Source of the DNA: a virus
Taxonomy: Duplodnaviria; Caudoviricetes
IMG/VR virus record: IMGVR_UViG_3300022914_000360
Coordinates: 1-38,434 of that record
DNA: 38,434 nt
Strand: one strand, 5' to 3'
The translations under genes were made by a program, and so were the position numbers. Shown here in pieces: positions 35,855 to 38,434 of the stretch; position 1 is the first letter of the stretch, and every line of letters begins with the position of its first letter. The notes below the pieces were generated by a model. The model made no database searches. It saw nothing but the letters and a program-made list of their open reading frames with translations, and was not told the DNA's origin.

Positions 35855-36813
35855 TATTCTTCCTCTATTTTATTGTTAATAGTCCAGAAGCCACGTTCGT
35901 CGCCCTGGTATACCATCTCTAGCACGGCAGCTTCAATTGCTGTTCGTACTGCATATGTCACACTCTCATTATTTCCAATCCCGTCCTCGTATTCAATCAA
36001 TTGAGTTCCTTGCTCTATAAAGCGGAAGACGTCTCCTCCTGAACCGTAGCTCAAGATTGATTTCTTTGCTTGGACATTTAATAATATCTCACCTGTAAGA
36101 ACCGAAACTGCACGCACAGATACTGTGACTACATCTTGACGATACTGACGGCTAAAGCTAATACCTAAAGTTCTAGCTCCGCGGCCTCCGGTCTTTACAT
36201 TACTATCATAACCTATGATGCCGCCCTCAATAATCATTCCTGCGAATAATAAAGGTCCAACACCTTTTGGTTCTTCGCCCAGTTTCTTTGCCGCTTCATC
36301 ACGACCTGAACGAATAATCTGTCTTTCTCTAACAAGAGCATCAATCCCTTGTCTTTCTACAACTCTGAACCAGGTTCCACCACCTGCCGTTTTCAGAGCG
36401 TCTATTAATAATTCTGTTCCACCTTGTGTTACAGCGGTGGAAAAACTCTGTCCTGTGACAGAATCTTTTCTTTGACCTGTTTTATCTATAAAATTGTAAA
36501 CAGCAACCACAGGCATATTTTCTGCAGGTGGTAAATTCAGTAAATCAATATATGCAGGTAACTTTACAACCTCAGGTTGTTCTATACAAATTTGTTTTGT
36601 TTCAATATACTTACGAGTGCCGGTATATAGTTGTTTTCCAACACTTAAAGCATCATCATTTATAATACCATCATTATCAAAATCGGTATTAAATCCTTGT
36701 GCATATCTTCCTTGTCCGTATTCACAGTTCGCAGGTCCTTCTGACCATTGTGGCATTTGTGCACAACTTGCTAAAATTAATGTTGACAGAAATGCAGATA
36801 ATAATTTAGCCAT
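35854..36813 (-). CDS. csgG: CsgG curli secretion channel lipoprotein
   Basis: Lipobox LASC; VAVYNF.DKTGQRK, FSTAVTQG, WFRVVER..ERQIIR, IEGGIIGYDSN. Confidence 0.9.
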   Translation of the reverse strand: MAKLLSAFLSTLILASCAQMPQWSEGPANCEYGQGRYAQGFNTDFDNDGIINDDALSVGKQLYTGTRKYIETKQICIEQPEVVKLPAYIDLLNLPPAENMPVVAVYNFIDKTGQRKDSVTGQSFSTAVTQGGTELLIDALKTAGGGTWFRVVERQGIDALVRERQIIRSGRDEAAKKLGEEPKGVGPLLFAGMIIEGGIIGYDSNVKTGGRGARTLGISFSRQYRQDVVTVSVRAVSVLTGEILLNVQAKKSILSYGSGGDVFRFIEQGTQLIEYEDGIGNNESVTYAVRTAIEAAVLEMVYQGDERGFWTINNKIEEE

Positions 36814-37321
36814 CTGGATTCTCACTACCAAAGTTTCCTGTTCCTATCGGAATCTCAATAACAGTTGTAGTACCATTTTCATCAATAATTGTCATCTTAA
36901 TAAATTCAGTACCATCTGCATTCGTAATTACTTCATAGGTTACGGTAGATCCTTCTAATACGAAAGATCCAAACCTTACTGCATCATCGTTAGAGAACAT
37001 ATTGTCCACTAACTGTTTTGCTAACTGAGCATAAATTCTACTTTCAAGGTTTCTTATAAACTTTGACAGCGTTGAATTATCCAATTCTCGTTGTGCTGCT
37101 CTCTCGGCTGCATCTAATGCATCTTTGATTGCTTTCTTACGTGAATGTTCTTGATTCTCGATAGTGAGATAATGAGCACCAGTTCCAACACCGCTGAAAC
37201 TTGGATTTTTAAATTTGTGTACGATAGGTTCTCCGTATGCTTTACCTGCTGCTAAAAACAGATACATTATTACAATAAACCATCCTAAGTACAATAAACC
37301 TTTATCAGTCTTGTTGTCCAT
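36806..37321 (-). CDS. csgF: CsgF curli assembly protein
   Basis: Signal, then F.NPSF.G...L.IENQ; F..NLESRIYAQL; adjacent to csgG. Confidence 0.8.
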   Translation of the reverse strand: MDNKTDKGLLYLGWFIVIMYLFLAAGKAYGEPIVHKFKNPSFSGVGTGAHYLTIENQEHSRKKAIKDALDAAERAAQRELDNSTLSKFIRNLESRIYAQLAKQLVDNMFSNDDAVRFGSFVLEGSTVTYEVITNADGTEFIKMTIIDENGTTTVIEIPIGTGNFGSENPDG

Positions 37322-37577
37322 CTTTATCACCCTTTTTCTTCAATTCCTCGACCTCTTTATATTTTAATACAACATCTACTTTTTGTTGAAGTCTTATCAA
37401 ATCTTGGTCGAGCATTCTCATACGGTCGATTAATCGTATAAGTGCCATGTGTTGTTTATCAATTTCAGGCTGTAGCTTGTCGTTTACAAACTTCCAAATA
37501 AAATATATGAAATAACCAAGCCCAACTACCATTACGACAGGAAAACCATATTCCTGTACTAAATTCGCTATATCCAT
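37305..37577 (-). CDS. Small TM plus coiled-coil protein (YvrJ/holin-like)
   Basis: LVQEYGFPVV followed by a TM segment. Confidence 0.6.
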   Translation of the reverse strand: MDIANLVQEYGFPVVMVVGLGYFIYFIWKFVNDKLQPEIDKQHMALIRLIDRMRMLDQDLIRLQQKVDVVLKYKEVEELKKKGDKDGQQD

Positions 37578-37578
37578 T

Positions 37579-37875
37579 CTAATCTCTTCTTACGTCGACT
37601 TTTCCGTCTTCAACAAAATTTTCAGCTCTTGCGACTCTATCAATATCTGGATTTAATCCAAGTGCACTTGAAACGAGAAGGTCGATTTTAACCATCTCAT
37701 TTGACATTGTCCTTGCTCGGTTCTCTAACGATTCACAAAACATTGTTAATGTTCCAATACTATCAATGACTCCTTCCAAAATTTGTCTTATAATAATAAA
37801 GATAAAGAATCCCATCGTGATCGCACCGGCAATAGGCAATCCTACATCTGCGATAAGCTGAAATATTTCTTCCAT
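37579..37875 (-). CDS. Small TM plus coiled-coil protein, paralog-like to the neighbour
   Basis: LIADVGLPIA followed by a TM segment. Confidence 0.6.
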   Translation of the reverse strand: MEEIFQLIADVGLPIAGAITMGFFIFIIIRQILEGVIDSIGTLTMFCESLENRARTMSNEMVKIDLLVSSALGLNPDIDRVARAENFVEDGKVDVRRD

Positions 37876-37880
37876 ACCGT

Positions 37881-37888
37881 TATTTATA
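37881..37888 (-). promoter_or_regulatory. T4-type late promoter for the curli-cyclase operon
   Basis: TATAAATA on the - strand, 5 nt before ATG 37875. Confidence 0.72.
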
Positions 37889-38053
37889 ACATTGAACTAC
37901 CTAAACTCAAAACTTTCAACAGTCAAATCCTCATTCTAAAGGACTTGTATTTAACTAACGATATAATACTATTACGAATAGAGGACATTCTAGAGGACAT
38001 TTAAATCGTTATAATAAACTCGTTTTATATAACAAAATGTTCTAAAAATACTA

Positions 38054-38082
38054 TTGACATTATGAGAGAAATGGACCATAAT
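38054..38082 (+). promoter_or_regulatory. Phage early promoter
   Basis: ACTATTGACA-N17-CATAAT. Confidence 0.7.
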
Positions 38083-38121
38083 GGTACCATAAATTGTTGA
38101 AAGGAAACTAAGGAAACTATA

Positions 38122-38322
38122 ATGGATTTTGTTCAAAACATCGACGCAAAAGTCGCGGCAATTCAAACCGCTGAAGCTGCTTGTTTAGCAATCAATGGAT
38201 ATCTTGAAAAGGAATCAATCGGTAAAGAGGTATTTCAAATGCTTTCTGAACTCAAGGTTGATTTGGCTGATATTCGTTACGAACAGCAAATTCGCTCTGA
38301 AACTTTCGGTGAAATTTCTTAA
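38122..38322 (+). CDS. Early hypothetical protein
   Basis: RBS AAGGA; 66 aa. Confidence 0.65.
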   Translation: MDFVQNIDAKVAAIQTAEAACLAINGYLEKESIGKEVFQMLSELKVDLADIRYEQQIRSETFGEIS

Positions 38323-38328
38323 ACTTTT

Positions 38329-38370
38329 TTCATAAAAACTATTGACATTCATTCTCATATAGAGTATAAT
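38329..38370 (+). promoter_or_regulatory. Phage early promoter
   Basis: TTCATAAAAACTATTGACA-N17-TATAAT. Confidence 0.88.
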
Positions 38371-38402
38371 ATACTAGTAAAATGAAAAAAGGAAAGGAAA
38401 AT

Positions 38403-38434
38403 ATGACTAAATTTGATAAGACGCAATTTACTTG
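38403..38434 (+). CDS. 5' start of the next early gene (partial)
   Basis: RBS AAGGA; MTKFDKTQFT... runs off the window. Confidence 0.5.
   Translation, partial: MTKFDKTQFT

Noticed and set aside
338-37000. Many 60-120 aa antisense or nested ORFs in the ORF track (e.g. 690-899, 14889-15230, 28802-29167, 31766-32077, 36617-36958)
   Set aside because: They are shadows of well-supported genes, with no RBS or motifs

Overview
This 38.4-kb window is an AT-rich segment of a T4-like (Tevenvirinae/Kyanoviridae-like) myophage genome, probably marine. The + strand (1-30170) carries T4-type replication and nucleotide genes: gp61 primase, ThyX, NrdA, a Grx-NrdB fusion, gp30 ligase, a RuvC-like nuclease, a dNMP kinase, RNase H, PhoH and an exonuclease. 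Auxiliary metabolic genes are interleaved with them: 5-aminolevulinate synthase, alternative oxidase, YbaN, GlyA, IscU, ribosomal protein bS21, a (p)ppGpp hydrolase-like HD protein and glycosyltransferases. A region of small early genes sits behind a conserved family of sigma70-type promoters (ACTATTGACA-N17-TATAAT). The - strand (30203-37875) holds one late-promoter operon: two small membrane proteins, CsgF, CsgG, two curlin-like proteins, a FecR-domain protein and a CHASE2 class III nucleotide cyclase. Most notable: (1) the curli secretion plus transmembrane cyclase operon; (2) a C4-pathway ALA synthase/AOX/YbaN/GlyA/IscU module in a phage whose bS21 looks gammaproteobacterial; (3) an unannotated ~166-nt structured RNA with its own promoter after bS21; (4) late promoters placed exactly 5 nt before ATG, implying leaderless mRNAs. 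All calls come from motif recognition by eye; no database searches were run.
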